Positions 48,350 through 57,630 of a stretch of DNA of 64,000 nt are shown here, one piece after another. The DNA lies in the NCBI GenBank assembly GCA_964413275.1, contig CAYPSO010000004.1, forward strand, positions 2,520 through 66,519. Direction: 5' to 3'. A program made the translations under genes and the position numbers. The DNA is from an uncultured bacterium. GTDB taxonomy: Bacteria > Cyanobacteriota > Cyanobacteriia > Cyanobacteriales > JAABRE01. A model generated the notes under the pieces. It searched no databases, was not told the origin of the DNA, and was given only the letters and a program-made list of their open reading frames with translations. The first letter of the stretch is position 1, and each line of letters opens with the position of its first letter.

Positions 48350-49891
48350 TTAAGATAATTTGATCAGTAATCCCAAGATTTTTTTTGATGTGGGAGTTAA
48401 CAAAGTGCGACGATAAGCATCGGCTGCTTTTTTGATTGCGTCTGCTTGGGTTGGGTAAGAATGGATCACCCCAGATAAACCATTTAAACCGATTTTATTG
48501 ACCATAGCGGCGGTTATTTCTGAAATCATCTCTCCTGCATGGGATGCGACAATGGTTGCTCCTAAAATTTTATCTGAGCCTTTTTGGTGATGGATTTTCA
48601 CGAAACCTTCGGTTTCACCATCGGCGATTGCCCTATCAACGGTACTCATTAAAATTTTAATGGTTTCGTATTGAATATCTTGTTCTTGTAGTTGATGTTC
48701 GTATAGCCCGACATGGGCAATTTCTGGATCGGTATATGTTACCCAAGGTATAACTAAATCACTAAATTTAGATTTACCAAAACCGAAGGGAGAGAAAAGT
48801 GTATTTTTAATCACAATTCTAGCGGCTGAGTCAGCAGTGTGAGTAAATTTATAGGGTAAACAAATATCCCCTGCTGCAAAGATTTTAGGATTAGTGGTTT
48901 GGAGATAATCATTGATTTTTACACCGTAGCGATCGTATTCTACTCCTACAGTTTCTAAATTTAAACCTTCTATATTGGGAGTTCTTCCCGCACCGATTAA
49001 AATTTCTTCAACAATAATTGACTCTTGAATACCATTAGAAATATAGTCAATTTTTTTACCTCGATCTGTCTTTTCGACTTTCAATAATTGAGCGTTTAAA
49101 ACTAAGTTAATCTTTTCCTTTATAAAGGTATTTTGTAAAATTTCTGCTGCGTCAACATCTTCCTTATTTAAAATGCGATCGTGTTTATGAAATAGGGTAA
49201 CATTTGCTCCTAAACGATGGAAAGCTTGAGCTAATTCACAACCAATAGGCCCACCGCCAATAACCGCTAAACTTTTGGGTAATTCTGTTAAAGAGAAAAT
49301 AGTTTCATTGGTATGAAAACCAGCTTCTTCAATGCCTTCAATTTTTGGTTTAACTGCTCTTGCTCCTGTAGCAATAACGGCTTTTTTATAGGACAATTTT
49401 TGACCATTAACTTCGACAGAATTAGTACCCAAAAAACTAGCTTCTCCTAAAAAAACATCTATCCCTAAATTACGAAATCTTTCCGCAGAATCATGGTGAC
49501 TAATTCCTGCACGAATTTTACGCATTCTTGCCATTACTAGGGAAAAATTTATTTCAGTTTCTGTTACATTAATCCCTAATTCTTTAGCTTTTAAAATTTC
49601 TCCTATTACTTTAGCTGAGCGAATAATAGCTTTAGAAGGAACACAACCAAAATTTAAACAATCTCCTCCCATTAAATATTTTTCAACTAAAGCAATTTTT
49701 AGTCCTAAATTCAAACCTGCTGCACCGGCTGCCACAACTAAACCGGCTGTGCCAGCACCAATTACGACTAAATCATATTTATCTTTGGGGTTAGGATTAA
49801 CCCAGTCAGAAGGATGAACATAGGAGATTAATTTTTGATTATGTTCATCTAATGGCAAAAGATTTATGTTAGAAAAAGATTGGTGTGTCAT
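48350..49891 (-). CDS. Class I pyridine nucleotide-disulfide oxidoreductase (MerA-like/dihydrolipoamide-dehydrogenase-like)
   Basis: FAD motif VVIGAGTAG, the redox-active disulfide GGDCLNFGCVPSK, an NAD(P) motif, and a C-terminal dimerisation domain. There is no N-terminal HMA domain and no C-terminal Cys pair, so this is not a bona fide MerA. Confidence 0.75.
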   Translation of the reverse strand: MTHQSFSNINLLPLDEHNQKLISYVHPSDWVNPNPKDKYDLVVIGAGTAGLVVAAGAAGLNLGLKIALVEKYLMGGDCLNFGCVPSKAIIRSAKVIGEILKAKELGINVTETEINFSLVMARMRKIRAGISHHDSAERFRNLGIDVFLGEASFLGTNSVEVNGQKLSYKKAVIATGARAVKPKIEGIEEAGFHTNETIFSLTELPKSLAVIGGGPIGCELAQAFHRLGANVTLFHKHDRILNKEDVDAAEILQNTFIKEKINLVLNAQLLKVEKTDRGKKIDYISNGIQESIIVEEILIGAGRTPNIEGLNLETVGVEYDRYGVKINDYLQTTNPKIFAAGDICLPYKFTHTADSAARIVIKNTLFSPFGFGKSKFSDLVIPWVTYTDPEIAHVGLYEHQLQEQDIQYETIKILMSTVDRAIADGETEGFVKIHHQKGSDKILGATIVASHAGEMISEITAAMVNKIGLNGLSGVIHSYPTQADAIKKAADAYRRTLLTPTSKKILGLLIKLS

Positions 49892-49908
49892 AATATTTAA
49901 AATGAATT

Positions 49909-50694
49909 TTATTCAATAGGTTCTAAAACTGCATTATTTAAGGCTTTTCTTGCTATTTTGGTGACATATAAAGTAACCGCTACTGTCGCAATAAAACCGA
50001 TAATTCTAATAGTCCATTGAGCAACAGGATTAGCGGTGGCTGTTTCCGTACCAATGGTGGCTAAATTACCAGCTAACGAACCAATATAAACATACATGAT
50101 TGTCCCCGGAATCATCCCCACTGAACCAATCACATAATCTTTGAGGGAAACTCCTGTCACACCATAGGCATAATTAAGTAAATTAAAGGGGAAAACAGGA
50201 GATAAGCGGGTTAAGAGAACTATTTTTAATCCTTCTTTACCAACTGCTTGATCTATCGCCCTAAATTTATCATTACCGGCAATTTGTTGCGCTACCCAAC
50301 CTCTTGCTATATATCTACCTACTAAAAAAGCACCTGTTGCTCCAAGAGTTGCGCCAATAAAGACAAAAATTGAACCAAATACTATTCCAAACACTACCCC
50401 TGCTCCTAAAGTGAGAATTGAACCGGGGAGAAAGGCTACAGTAGCGATAATATAAAGAAGGATAAAGGCTATAGCTCCCACCGCACCTAAATTATCAATC
50501 CATACTAAAGCATTGAGCAACCATTCTTGAGGATTAAACCCACTCCCAGCAGTTTCTTGGGCTAAAACTGGATTGGCCACTAAAACCATACTCATGGTAA
50601 AAGTCGAGAAAGCTAAAATAGTAAAACCCTGCCAAGATGGTAATTTTTTGGGGGTAAAATGATTTTTAATTTTCCGAAGATTAATTGAAAACAT
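49909..50694 (-). CDS. TVP38/TMEM64 (DedA-superfamily) membrane protein
   Basis: Polytopic protein with LTRLSPVFPFNLLNYAYG, characteristic of the family. It is a tandem paralog of the next gene. Confidence 0.75.
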   Translation of the reverse strand: MFSINLRKIKNHFTPKKLPSWQGFTILAFSTFTMSMVLVANPVLAQETAGSGFNPQEWLLNALVWIDNLGAVGAIAFILLYIIATVAFLPGSILTLGAGVVFGIVFGSIFVFIGATLGATGAFLVGRYIARGWVAQQIAGNDKFRAIDQAVGKEGLKIVLLTRLSPVFPFNLLNYAYGVTGVSLKDYVIGSVGMIPGTIMYVYIGSLAGNLATIGTETATANPVAQWTIRIIGFIATVAVTLYVTKIARKALNNAVLEPIE

Positions 50695-50699
50695 AAAAT

Positions 50700-51431
50700 T
50701 TAGTCTCCCTCAAGGGTATTTCTGAGCGTTTTTTTGGCAAAATTTGTGAAATAAATAGTTAAGCTAATGGTGGCAATTAATCCAATAATTCTCATTAACC
50801 AACGTAAAAGTTCGGTTTCTCTGGTAATTGGGGGTGACATATCAATGCTTACTAAATCAGTGGCTAAAGAGCCAAAATAAACGTACATGACTGTACCCGG
50901 AATCATCCCTAATGAACCTAATATATAATCCTTTAGGGAAATTTGACTAATACCGAAGAAATAGTTTAAAAGATTAAAGGGAAATAGAGGGGAAAGACGA
51001 GTTAAAAAGACGATTTTCCAGCCCTTTTGGGCGATAGCTCGATCTAGCTTTTTAAATTGATGGTATTTCAGCAATTGAGAATTAACCCAATCTTGACAAA
51101 AATAACGTCCTAATAAAAAAGCTGCTACTGCTCCTAAACTAGCAGCAATTAAAACAATAATACTTCCCCACCACAATCCGTATAAACAACCTCCTTTCAT
51201 GGTTAAAATTGAACCGGGGATTAAACATAAAGTTGCTATATTGTAAATACAAATAAAGAAAATGCAACCGATTATCCCCAGATTTTTAACTTCTGTTAAA
51301 GAACTTTGCCAGAATTGTTGTACATTAAAATTATGAAAAATCCAGAACCCAAGGGCGAATAAAACACCGCTCAAAATAAATTTGACAGCTTTTTTTTGAT
51401 TAGTGGTGAGATATTTGTTTCTTGGGATCAT
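50700..51431 (-). CDS. TVP38/TMEM64 (DedA-superfamily) membrane protein
   Basis: LTRLSPLFPFNLLNYFFG, with the same architecture as 49909-50694. The intergenic gap is 5 nt. Confidence 0.75.
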   Translation of the reverse strand: MIPRNKYLTTNQKKAVKFILSGVLFALGFWIFHNFNVQQFWQSSLTEVKNLGIIGCIFFICIYNIATLCLIPGSILTMKGGCLYGLWWGSIIVLIAASLGAVAAFLLGRYFCQDWVNSQLLKYHQFKKLDRAIAQKGWKIVFLTRLSPLFPFNLLNYFFGISQISLKDYILGSLGMIPGTVMYVYFGSLATDLVSIDMSPPITRETELLRWLMRIIGLIATISLTIYFTNFAKKTLRNTLEGD

Positions 51432-51457
51432 AAATTTTTAGATTGATTAATTATTAA

Positions 51458-51985
51458 TTATTTAGGAAAATTACCAGCTAAATGAGAGAAAGTTACTTTA
51501 CCCATTTCCCCTGGCATTTCTCCATGAGTTTGGTTATCGGCATGATAAGCAACTACTAACATTTGATAGTTATTAGCGGATACAGTAATAGTTTTTGTCG
51601 CATTACCATTACTATCAGCACGGAAGAAATTATTTTGAACTCCTCCCGCAGGTCCCATGTCCATACCCACAATCTTTTTATTTACCCACCAAAAAGTATA
51701 AAGTCCATTGGGGACTAATCCTTGAGCTTTCACTGTAACTTGATAGTTGTTGGTACGAGGAATAGGAGTTGTCGAAATTTGAGCTTTGGCACTTAACCAT
51801 TTTTCTTTGGTAAAATTGCTAGGAAGACCATCTTGATCTGTTGCCATTAAGCCAGCTATATTTTGTGCGATAAGTTGTTGGCTTTGTTGTCTTACAGGCT
51901 TTAGCTTCAAAGTTTCAGCATTAACATAACTGACAGTTGCGGAAAGTAATAAAATAGTTGTACTACCCAAAAGTAAACGTTTCAT
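51458..51985 (-). CDS. Secreted protein of unknown function
   Basis: Signal peptide MKRLLLGSTTILLLSATVSYVNA with the predicted cleavage site before ET. I prefer the Met at 51985, preceded by AAGGA, over 52018. The mature part is beta-rich and has an HADNQTHG(E)MPGEMG segment. Confidence 0.5.
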   Translation of the reverse strand: MKRLLLGSTTILLLSATVSYVNAETLKLKPVRQQSQQLIAQNIAGLMATDQDGLPSNFTKEKWLSAKAQISTTPIPRTNNYQVTVKAQGLVPNGLYTFWWVNKKIVGMDMGPAGGVQNNFFRADSNGNATKTITVSANNYQMLVVAYHADNQTHGEMPGEMGKVTFSHLAGNFPK

Positions 51986-52066
51986 AGAATAATATCCTTG
52001 CTTAAATTGTAAATTCATAAAAGATACGATGCCGATGGGAAAATGGATTTAAAATTTATCCAAAAA

Positions 52067-52720
52067 TTATCTTTGAGTAAATTTCAAAATATCAAGAATT
52101 ATTTGAGGTTCAAGTCTATTCCTATAATCAGAATCCACAAAGCTATGAATAATTACTCCATCTTGAGCGACAATATAAGTAGCAGGAATTGGTAATTGAT
52201 AAGATTCATCTCCATTAGAAGCGGGGAGATTAATCCCAAAACTTTGATAAATGGGGCGTAATGGTTCTGCTACTGTAAAGGTTAAGCCAAATTCATGGGC
52301 TACTTTATTACCGACATCGCTTAAAACTTCAAAACTTAGCTCATTTTTTTCTACCGTTGATAGAGAATTATCAGGAGTTTGAGGAGAAATTGCCACTAAA
52401 GTTGCACCTGCTTGTTTGATTTCTGCTAAACGTAACTGTAAAGCTCGCAACTCTAAACTACAATAAGGACACCATCCACCCCGATAAAAGGAAATAACTA
52501 CCTTTGATGTTGTTAATAGATCTTGAATATTGACAAATTTTCCTGTGGCATTGGGCAAGGTAAAATTAGGTATTGTATCTCCTTGTTGGAGAGCATTTTC
52601 CACAATCTCGGAATTAATTAAATCAATAGCACTTTTTTCCATTAAATTTTTGACATCTTCAGATAACATTGATTGCATATTGATTGATACATTGGTTAAA
52701 TCTTCTTGTAAACTCATCAA
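52067..52720 (-). CDS. Peroxiredoxin-like thioredoxin-fold protein (AhpC/TSA, PRX_like2-type)
   Basis: FYRGGWCPYCSLELRAL (a CxxC embedded in the AhpC/TSA context). Confidence 0.7.
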   Translation of the reverse strand: MMSLQEDLTNVSINMQSMLSEDVKNLMEKSAIDLINSEIVENALQQGDTIPNFTLPNATGKFVNIQDLLTTSKVVISFYRGGWCPYCSLELRALQLRLAEIKQAGATLVAISPQTPDNSLSTVEKNELSFEVLSDVGNKVAHEFGLTFTVAEPLRPIYQSFGINLPASNGDESYQLPIPATYIVAQDGVIIHSFVDSDYRNRLEPQIILDILKFTQR

Positions 52721-52743
52721 ATTTCTCCTTATGATAAAAAAGG

Positions 52744-53766
52744 CTAAAAAGAGCCAAAAAATCCGGGATAAACAAAGGCAAAAGCAGTGGAGCTAGGAAT
52801 AACTTTACCGTCTAATTCTTCCACAACCACTGTATTTAGCTCTTGCTCCCAACGGGCGCGAATTTGCCGAGAGCCAAAATTGACAATTTTCTCACCAACT
52901 TGTTTGATTTCTTCATGGGAAAATTGTTGACTGATACCAGAAAAGTGATTATGGGGGGTTTTTCCATCTGTTTCCCAGACATAACTAATAATTGCTTTAG
53001 GATGAAGTTTTCTTTCCTCTTGATGGCGTACCGGAAAAACAAGCTCCTCATTAGTGGTATAAGTACCGTAAGGATATTTAAAATAATCCCGCTCGTGACC
53101 AGTTTTTGTGGCTAAAATTTGACTATCAGGGTATTTTTTCAGCCAGTCTCTTAAGGTAGTTTTGACCGTAGCAACTCGCTCCAGAGAAACATTAACCTTT
53201 TTACCAACAACCCCTAATCCCCAAGGTTGAGAATATAAAGTATCATCGCGGCGATCGTACATTACTAAACAACTTTGGTAAAGTTTTCCTGATACTCCAT
53301 AGGTGCTATCACCTCTGTTAAAAGCCACAATCGTGTCACACAAAGGACAATAGGAAATAGTAAGATTAGTGCCTCCTACAGTATCATTAACAATTTCATG
53401 CCAATTCATAATCCCTAGTGGATAGGCTTTTGCTTCTCCATTAACTACTACACCGATAACTAATTCATCTTGATTAAAAGGGGTTGTTTTGCTAGTATCA
53501 AAAACAGGATTATCAATACTAGGAATACCGTCTTTAGGAGGCCCACCATTTAGAAGTTCGCTTAATTCAATCCGAGTATTTTTCGCTGGATCTAGGTTTT
53601 GTTTTCTTAAATCTGCTAACTCTTGAGTTTGATCTTTAAAATGCTGGGTTAGGGAAAAATGACGCAGTTTAAAATCATCAAAACTTTCTGCTTTTAAGAT
53701 TAATGTGCCTAAAGTTAATATGGCTAGTCCTACATTACTTAAGGCTATGATTATGTTTTTTTTCAT
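52744..53766 (-). CDS. DUF3179-family protein, exported or membrane-anchored
   Basis: N-terminal hydrophobic anchor, then KDGIPSIDNPVF, NGEAKAYPL..MNWHEIVND and YCPLCDT, as recalled for DUF3179. Confidence 0.6.
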   Translation of the reverse strand: MKKNIIIALSNVGLAILTLGTLILKAESFDDFKLRHFSLTQHFKDQTQELADLRKQNLDPAKNTRIELSELLNGGPPKDGIPSIDNPVFDTSKTTPFNQDELVIGVVVNGEAKAYPLGIMNWHEIVNDTVGGTNLTISYCPLCDTIVAFNRGDSTYGVSGKLYQSCLVMYDRRDDTLYSQPWGLGVVGKKVNVSLERVATVKTTLRDWLKKYPDSQILATKTGHERDYFKYPYGTYTTNEELVFPVRHQEERKLHPKAIISYVWETDGKTPHNHFSGISQQFSHEEIKQVGEKIVNFGSRQIRARWEQELNTVVVEELDGKVIPSSTAFAFVYPGFFGSF

Positions 53767-53821
53767 GATTAACGACCTTTTTAATTAGGCGATAAAAGTT
53801 GATAATAGTCACAATAAATGC

Positions 53822-54220
53822 TTAATTATCAATAGTCCAAAGAGTATCTAAATCTCTAAGCAAATAAAGAGTAAAGCAAGCCGCTAACATGGGAAAAGCT
53901 GTAAAAAATAGCAGATTTTCAAAGGGTGCTAGGTATTGTTTTAATGAGGAAAAAGTAGAAACAGAATGAAAAAATAACACCAATAGATAAGTCCATTTTT
54001 TTTGAAAACCTGCTACAAATCCCAAGACAATTACTAATTGAATTGCCCCGATCAGATAAATTAAGCCATTATTTAAACCAGATATAAAATAGAAATTCTG
54101 GAAAATTTTGGCGGCATGATCTGGATTAATAAATTTGTCTAAAGTCCACATAATCATGACGATAAATACACTGAGACGAAGCAACAGTAAGGTCAGGGGT
54201 ATGCGCTGGTTTTGTTTCAT
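53822..54220 (-). CDS. Small four-TM membrane protein (DoxX-like)
   Basis: LLLLRLSVFIVMIMWTLDKFINP resembles the DoxX N-terminal helix. Weak assignment. Confidence 0.35.
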   Translation of the reverse strand: MKQNQRIPLTLLLLRLSVFIVMIMWTLDKFINPDHAAKIFQNFYFISGLNNGLIYLIGAIQLVIVLGFVAGFQKKWTYLLVLFFHSVSTFSSLKQYLAPFENLLFFTAFPMLAACFTLYLLRDLDTLWTIDN

Positions 54221-54265
54221 GTTAAGTTGGCTTGTATTCTTCTCTTTAAAGATACGAAGTCAATC

Positions 54266-55159
54266 TCAAAATGGATTTAAAACATTTGTAACTAGATTTT
54301 GATTGGCTATCCCTAATTCAATCAGAACAATCGCACCGACAATTATAAATAAGATACCCATACTACGCTCAAGTAATTTTTGTGACAATTTAGTTGCCAC
54401 AATTGAACCAAATTGCGCTCCAATTAAGACTCCGGGGGCGGTAAAAATAACTAGATTAAGAACGGTTGTTAATTCCTCATTTCCTGCTTGAATAAACTGT
54501 ATTACATGACCCACAGAGGCGGTTAAAGCGGTGATTGCAACAATAAAAACACTGGTTGCTACTGCTACTTGACTGGGAACTTTACACCGTTGAATTAAGA
54601 AAAAGCCATTTAATTCTCCTAAACCTGTGGATAGCATACCTAAAAATAATGCACCAATGCCAATGAGGAGACGACCTTCTGTATGGTTAGCAACGGTATA
54701 ACAAAAGCTTTGTCCATCTCTACTGGTAATACAGGTTTGAGGGTGATTGGTTTGATGGCTTTGGATGTCTCGATCTAATAATTTAATATCTCTAGTTTCG
54801 GGACTTCTCAAAAAACTATCAGCTATGACAAATAAACCAACTCCCAACATTGCTTTTAAGGCTTCGGGAGGAATTAATTTACCCAACCAAGTACCGAATA
54901 AAGCTACAGGAATGCTAACTATTAAGAGCATTTTTCCTAGTTGAAAATCGATTAATCCTTTACGAATATAGGCAAATAAACCACTGGAAAAACCAAAAAC
55001 TTCCGTAATTAAACCCGTACCAATTGCCACCTCTGTGGGTAATTTTAAAGCTAAGATAAACAACGGTGTAAAAAAAGTTGCTCCTTCCACTCCTGAAGCC
55101 ATAGCAATGGTAGCAATAACCATTGAAATAGGAAACATAAACCAATATTCAAAACTCAT
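54266..55159 (-). CDS. TauE/SafE-family anion (sulfite-type) exporter
   Basis: Two homologous 4-TM halves with G-rich helices (GVEGATFFTPL; GLGELNGFFL), separated by a roughly 50-aa cytoplasmic loop. Confidence 0.6.
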   Translation of the reverse strand: MSFEYWFMFPISMVIATIAMASGVEGATFFTPLFILALKLPTEVAIGTGLITEVFGFSSGLFAYIRKGLIDFQLGKMLLIVSIPVALFGTWLGKLIPPEALKAMLGVGLFVIADSFLRSPETRDIKLLDRDIQSHQTNHPQTCITSRDGQSFCYTVANHTEGRLLIGIGALFLGMLSTGLGELNGFFLIQRCKVPSQVAVATSVFIVAITALTASVGHVIQFIQAGNEELTTVLNLVIFTAPGVLIGAQFGSIVATKLSQKLLERSMGILFIIVGAIVLIELGIANQNLVTNVLNPF

Positions 55160-55163
55160 GTAA

Positions 55164-56159
55164 TTAAGTTAAAGCACCTCCACAACTCGAACCTGAACCT
55201 GCCGTACAACCATAACAATGGGGTGCTGTAGCTATGGTTTCAATTACATCTAAACTACCCATTTCTAATAGTTTAGCAATGGTTAAAATTTCTCCATTAG
55301 CAGTTTTTGAAGGCAAATTTTCCATCTGATTAAAATCACAATCATAAACATTACCTAAGTAGTCAATTGATAATTGATTGCGACACATTAAATTATTCAC
55401 AGTATGAGAATTAAAATTAGACTCCAGAAAACTTAAATAACACTCATTTAGTTTCTGTGCTTCTAAGTAGAATTTAGTTCTACCTATGGGTAAATTAGTA
55501 ATGGTTAATAGGCTATTAAAGTAAATTTCAAAATGTCCTCGTAAGAATCTTTTATAATCTTGTTCTAACTTGATTTGATCTGGAGTTAAAGAGAAATTTT
55601 GAGAAGTGGGTAATTTCGGATTATAAACAAGATCGAGGATTAAATTAGGATTGAGTCCATAGCCTAAATTATTTAACCATTGTATAGCCTTAATTGAGCT
55701 ATGATAAACTCCTTTTCCTCGCATTAGTTCCACATTATCTTCTAAATAACAGGGTAAAGAAGCTACAATTTTTACCTCATTTTTAACACAATATTCGGGA
55801 ATATCTGCAAAACCTTCTTCAAAATAAATAGTTAAATTAGACCTGACAATTATCTCTTTTTGGTATTTTTTGGCAGTTTCTACTAAAGGTTTAAAACCAT
55901 AATTTAATTCCGGCGCACCACCTGTTAAATCTACAGTTTTAATTTGAGGGAATTTACCTATTAATTCTCTTAATTGCTCGCAAACTACTTTAGTTAATTC
56001 CTCAGTGCGTTGTGGACTAGCCTCTACATGACAATGCTGACAAGCAAGATTACATTTTTTACCTAAATTAATTTGTAAAACTGTAATCTTATTTTTGCTT
56101 AAAACTTTACCTATTTTATCTTGAAATGGGGTTAATTCTGGCAAGATTTTAGTTTTCAT
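55164..56159 (-). CDS. arsS: Radical SAM / Cys-rich-tail enzyme of the ArsS (arsenosugar biosynthesis) family
   Basis: Cluster motif GKKCNLACQHCHVEA (CxxxCxxC) and the distinctive C-terminal tail APHCYGCTAGSGSSCGGALT. It lies 38 nt downstream of an ArsM-like methyltransferase. Confidence 0.6.
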   Translation of the reverse strand: MKTKILPELTPFQDKIGKVLSKNKITVLQINLGKKCNLACQHCHVEASPQRTEELTKVVCEQLRELIGKFPQIKTVDLTGGAPELNYGFKPLVETAKKYQKEIIVRSNLTIYFEEGFADIPEYCVKNEVKIVASLPCYLEDNVELMRGKGVYHSSIKAIQWLNNLGYGLNPNLILDLVYNPKLPTSQNFSLTPDQIKLEQDYKRFLRGHFEIYFNSLLTITNLPIGRTKFYLEAQKLNECYLSFLESNFNSHTVNNLMCRNQLSIDYLGNVYDCDFNQMENLPSKTANGEILTIAKLLEMGSLDVIETIATAPHCYGCTAGSGSSCGGALT

Positions 56160-56197
56160 GTTTGATTCTTTTTATTTATTAAGCCAATGGCACTTAT

Positions 56198-57160
56198 TTA
56201 ACAACAGCCGCCTCCCTGATAATGCCAGGTAGAATTAGTAATTAAAATTTCTGAAAATCTACTTAATTTAGCAGCAGTTTTATCACAAACAAAACTTGGA
56301 ATCCCTTTCCTTAAGATATGTCCAGCTTGGTCGTCAAAAAAATCTAAATTACCATGATAAATTGCCGTTTTTCCGGTAAAAATACAAGCTCCATCTTCGG
56401 GAATAGCTACTTTAAAAGAAACAGTGTCCAAACTTTCTAATAATAATGGTTCATCGAGTTGATAATTATGAATGTCTAACAAGCGATAAGGGCGACGAGT
56501 TCTAATTTCTACTTGTCCAAAACCATTATCAATTAAATGTTTGATATATTGCTCGTAGGTTAAAGCTCCAGATAAACACATAGCCCGTAACCGTTCATCT
56601 TTTTGTAAATGGGGGGGAATTGGACGAGTTGCGATAGGATCGCTCATTAATAAACGTCCGCCCGGTTTTAAGACTCGAAAAACTTCTTTTAAAGCCTTAT
56701 TTAAGTCTTCGGGTTCAAAAATATTAAATAAACAATTTTGGGCTACTAAATCTACAGATTCATCAACAACGGGTAAATTAAAAGCGTCACCATCCCTAAT
56801 ATCTACAAAATTTTCCTCAAACCAGTCATTTCCTATAGCTGCAACTTTGAGGTTTAAACGGGCTGCTTCTCGCATAGATGCTACGGGATCGACGGCTATT
56901 ACTCCACCTTGACGACGGGTAAAATAAGCAAATTGTAAAGCTTCTAAACCTCCTCCCACTCCTACATATAATATTTTAGGGTTATTCACTAATTCGTCGG
57001 GGTGAATAGTTGTACCGCAACCATAGTTCATATCCTGCATATTCGGAGGGATTTTGAGGCCGGGTAATTGTAAAGGACTACTCTGGACACAACATAAACC
57101 AATTTCTGGTATCTGAGCAACTTCACTATAAAATTGAGCGGTGGTTTCTAAATAAGTCAT
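56198..57160 (-). CDS. SAM-dependent methyltransferase with ArsM-like cysteine architecture
   Basis: SAM motif ILYVGVGGG and VLKPGGRLLMSD. Cysteines sit at ArsM-like positions (GLCC, NYGCGTT, AQNCLFN, AMCLSGA), and the C-terminus is an unusual GGGCC. Confidence 0.55.
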   Translation of the reverse strand: MTYLETTAQFYSEVAQIPEIGLCCVQSSPLQLPGLKIPPNMQDMNYGCGTTIHPDELVNNPKILYVGVGGGLEALQFAYFTRRQGGVIAVDPVASMREAARLNLKVAAIGNDWFEENFVDIRDGDAFNLPVVDESVDLVAQNCLFNIFEPEDLNKALKEVFRVLKPGGRLLMSDPIATRPIPPHLQKDERLRAMCLSGALTYEQYIKHLIDNGFGQVEIRTRRPYRLLDIHNYQLDEPLLLESLDTVSFKVAIPEDGACIFTGKTAIYHGNLDFFDDQAGHILRKGIPSFVCDKTAAKLSRFSEILITNSTWHYQGGGCC

Positions 57161-57323
57161 GTTAATCTGAACTAAATATTTTTCTTGTTTGTCAATTCTT
57201 TTATTAATACGAAACTGAAGGGTAAAAAGGATTTAATTAGTATTTTTTTGAGAAAATCAAATCCATTTTCAATTTAGGTTCGTATCCTTTTTATCTATGA
57301 TAGATTCTGAGGAAAAAAATTTA

Positions 57324-57566
57324 ATGAAAGTTCAACATCTAGCTAAACTGGTAATTGTATCTATCTTTGCTTTGGGGCTGACGGTAGCTTGTACTAATCC
57401 TTGTGGGGCAAAGACAAAAGATTCTGGTACGGGTACAAATACTAATCAAGTTGATCCTTGTGCTGGAAAAGATAACCCTTGTGCTGGAAAAGATAACCCT
57501 TGTGCTGGAAAAGATGACCCTTGTGCTGGAAAAGATGACCCTTGTGCTAGTAAAAATAACAATTAG
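57324..57566 (+). CDS. Small exported (possibly lipidated) protein made of Cys-containing heptad repeats
   Basis: Signal peptide MKVQHLAKLVIVSIFALGLTVAC (weak lipobox). The mature part is CTNPCGAK...VDPCAGK DNPCAGK DNPCAGK DDPCAGK DDPCASK NNN. GAGGA lies 10 nt upstream of the ATG at 57324, which I prefer over 57297. Confidence 0.65.
   Translation: MKVQHLAKLVIVSIFALGLTVACTNPCGAKTKDSGTGTNTNQVDPCAGKDNPCAGKDNPCAGKDDPCAGKDDPCASKNNN
57450..57554 (+). repeat. Five tandem 21-bp repeats (coding)
   Basis: Units gat-aac/gac-cct-tgt-gct-gga-aaa. Units 2 and 3 are identical, unit 4 differs from them by one base, and unit 5 differs from unit 4 only at gga->agt. Confidence 0.95.
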
Positions 57567-57630
57567 CCCAACAGTTAAATGTAGATTAAATCAAATTTTT
57601 GTTGCTATGATGCCAAGCTCTAGGTTATAA

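Noticed and set aside
48350-49891. Annotation as mercuric reductase MerA
   Set aside because: The CxxxxC active site is present, but the N-terminal heavy-metal-binding domain and the C-terminal Cys-Cys pair needed for Hg(II) handling are absent. It is called only as a MerA-like class I flavoprotein disulfide reductase.
57161-57296. ECF-type promoter (-35 GGAAC-like / -10 CGT-like) in the divergent intergenic region
   Set aside because: Only a CGTA near 57283-57286 with a poor upstream -35 match could be seen. That is not enough to call a promoter without TSS data.
57403-57630. 75-aa ORF with LVLEK(I/M)T repeats
   Set aside because: It is an alternative reading frame of the 21-bp tandem repeat. 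The frame with a signal peptide and a Shine-Dalgarno sequence (57324-57566) is the plausible gene.
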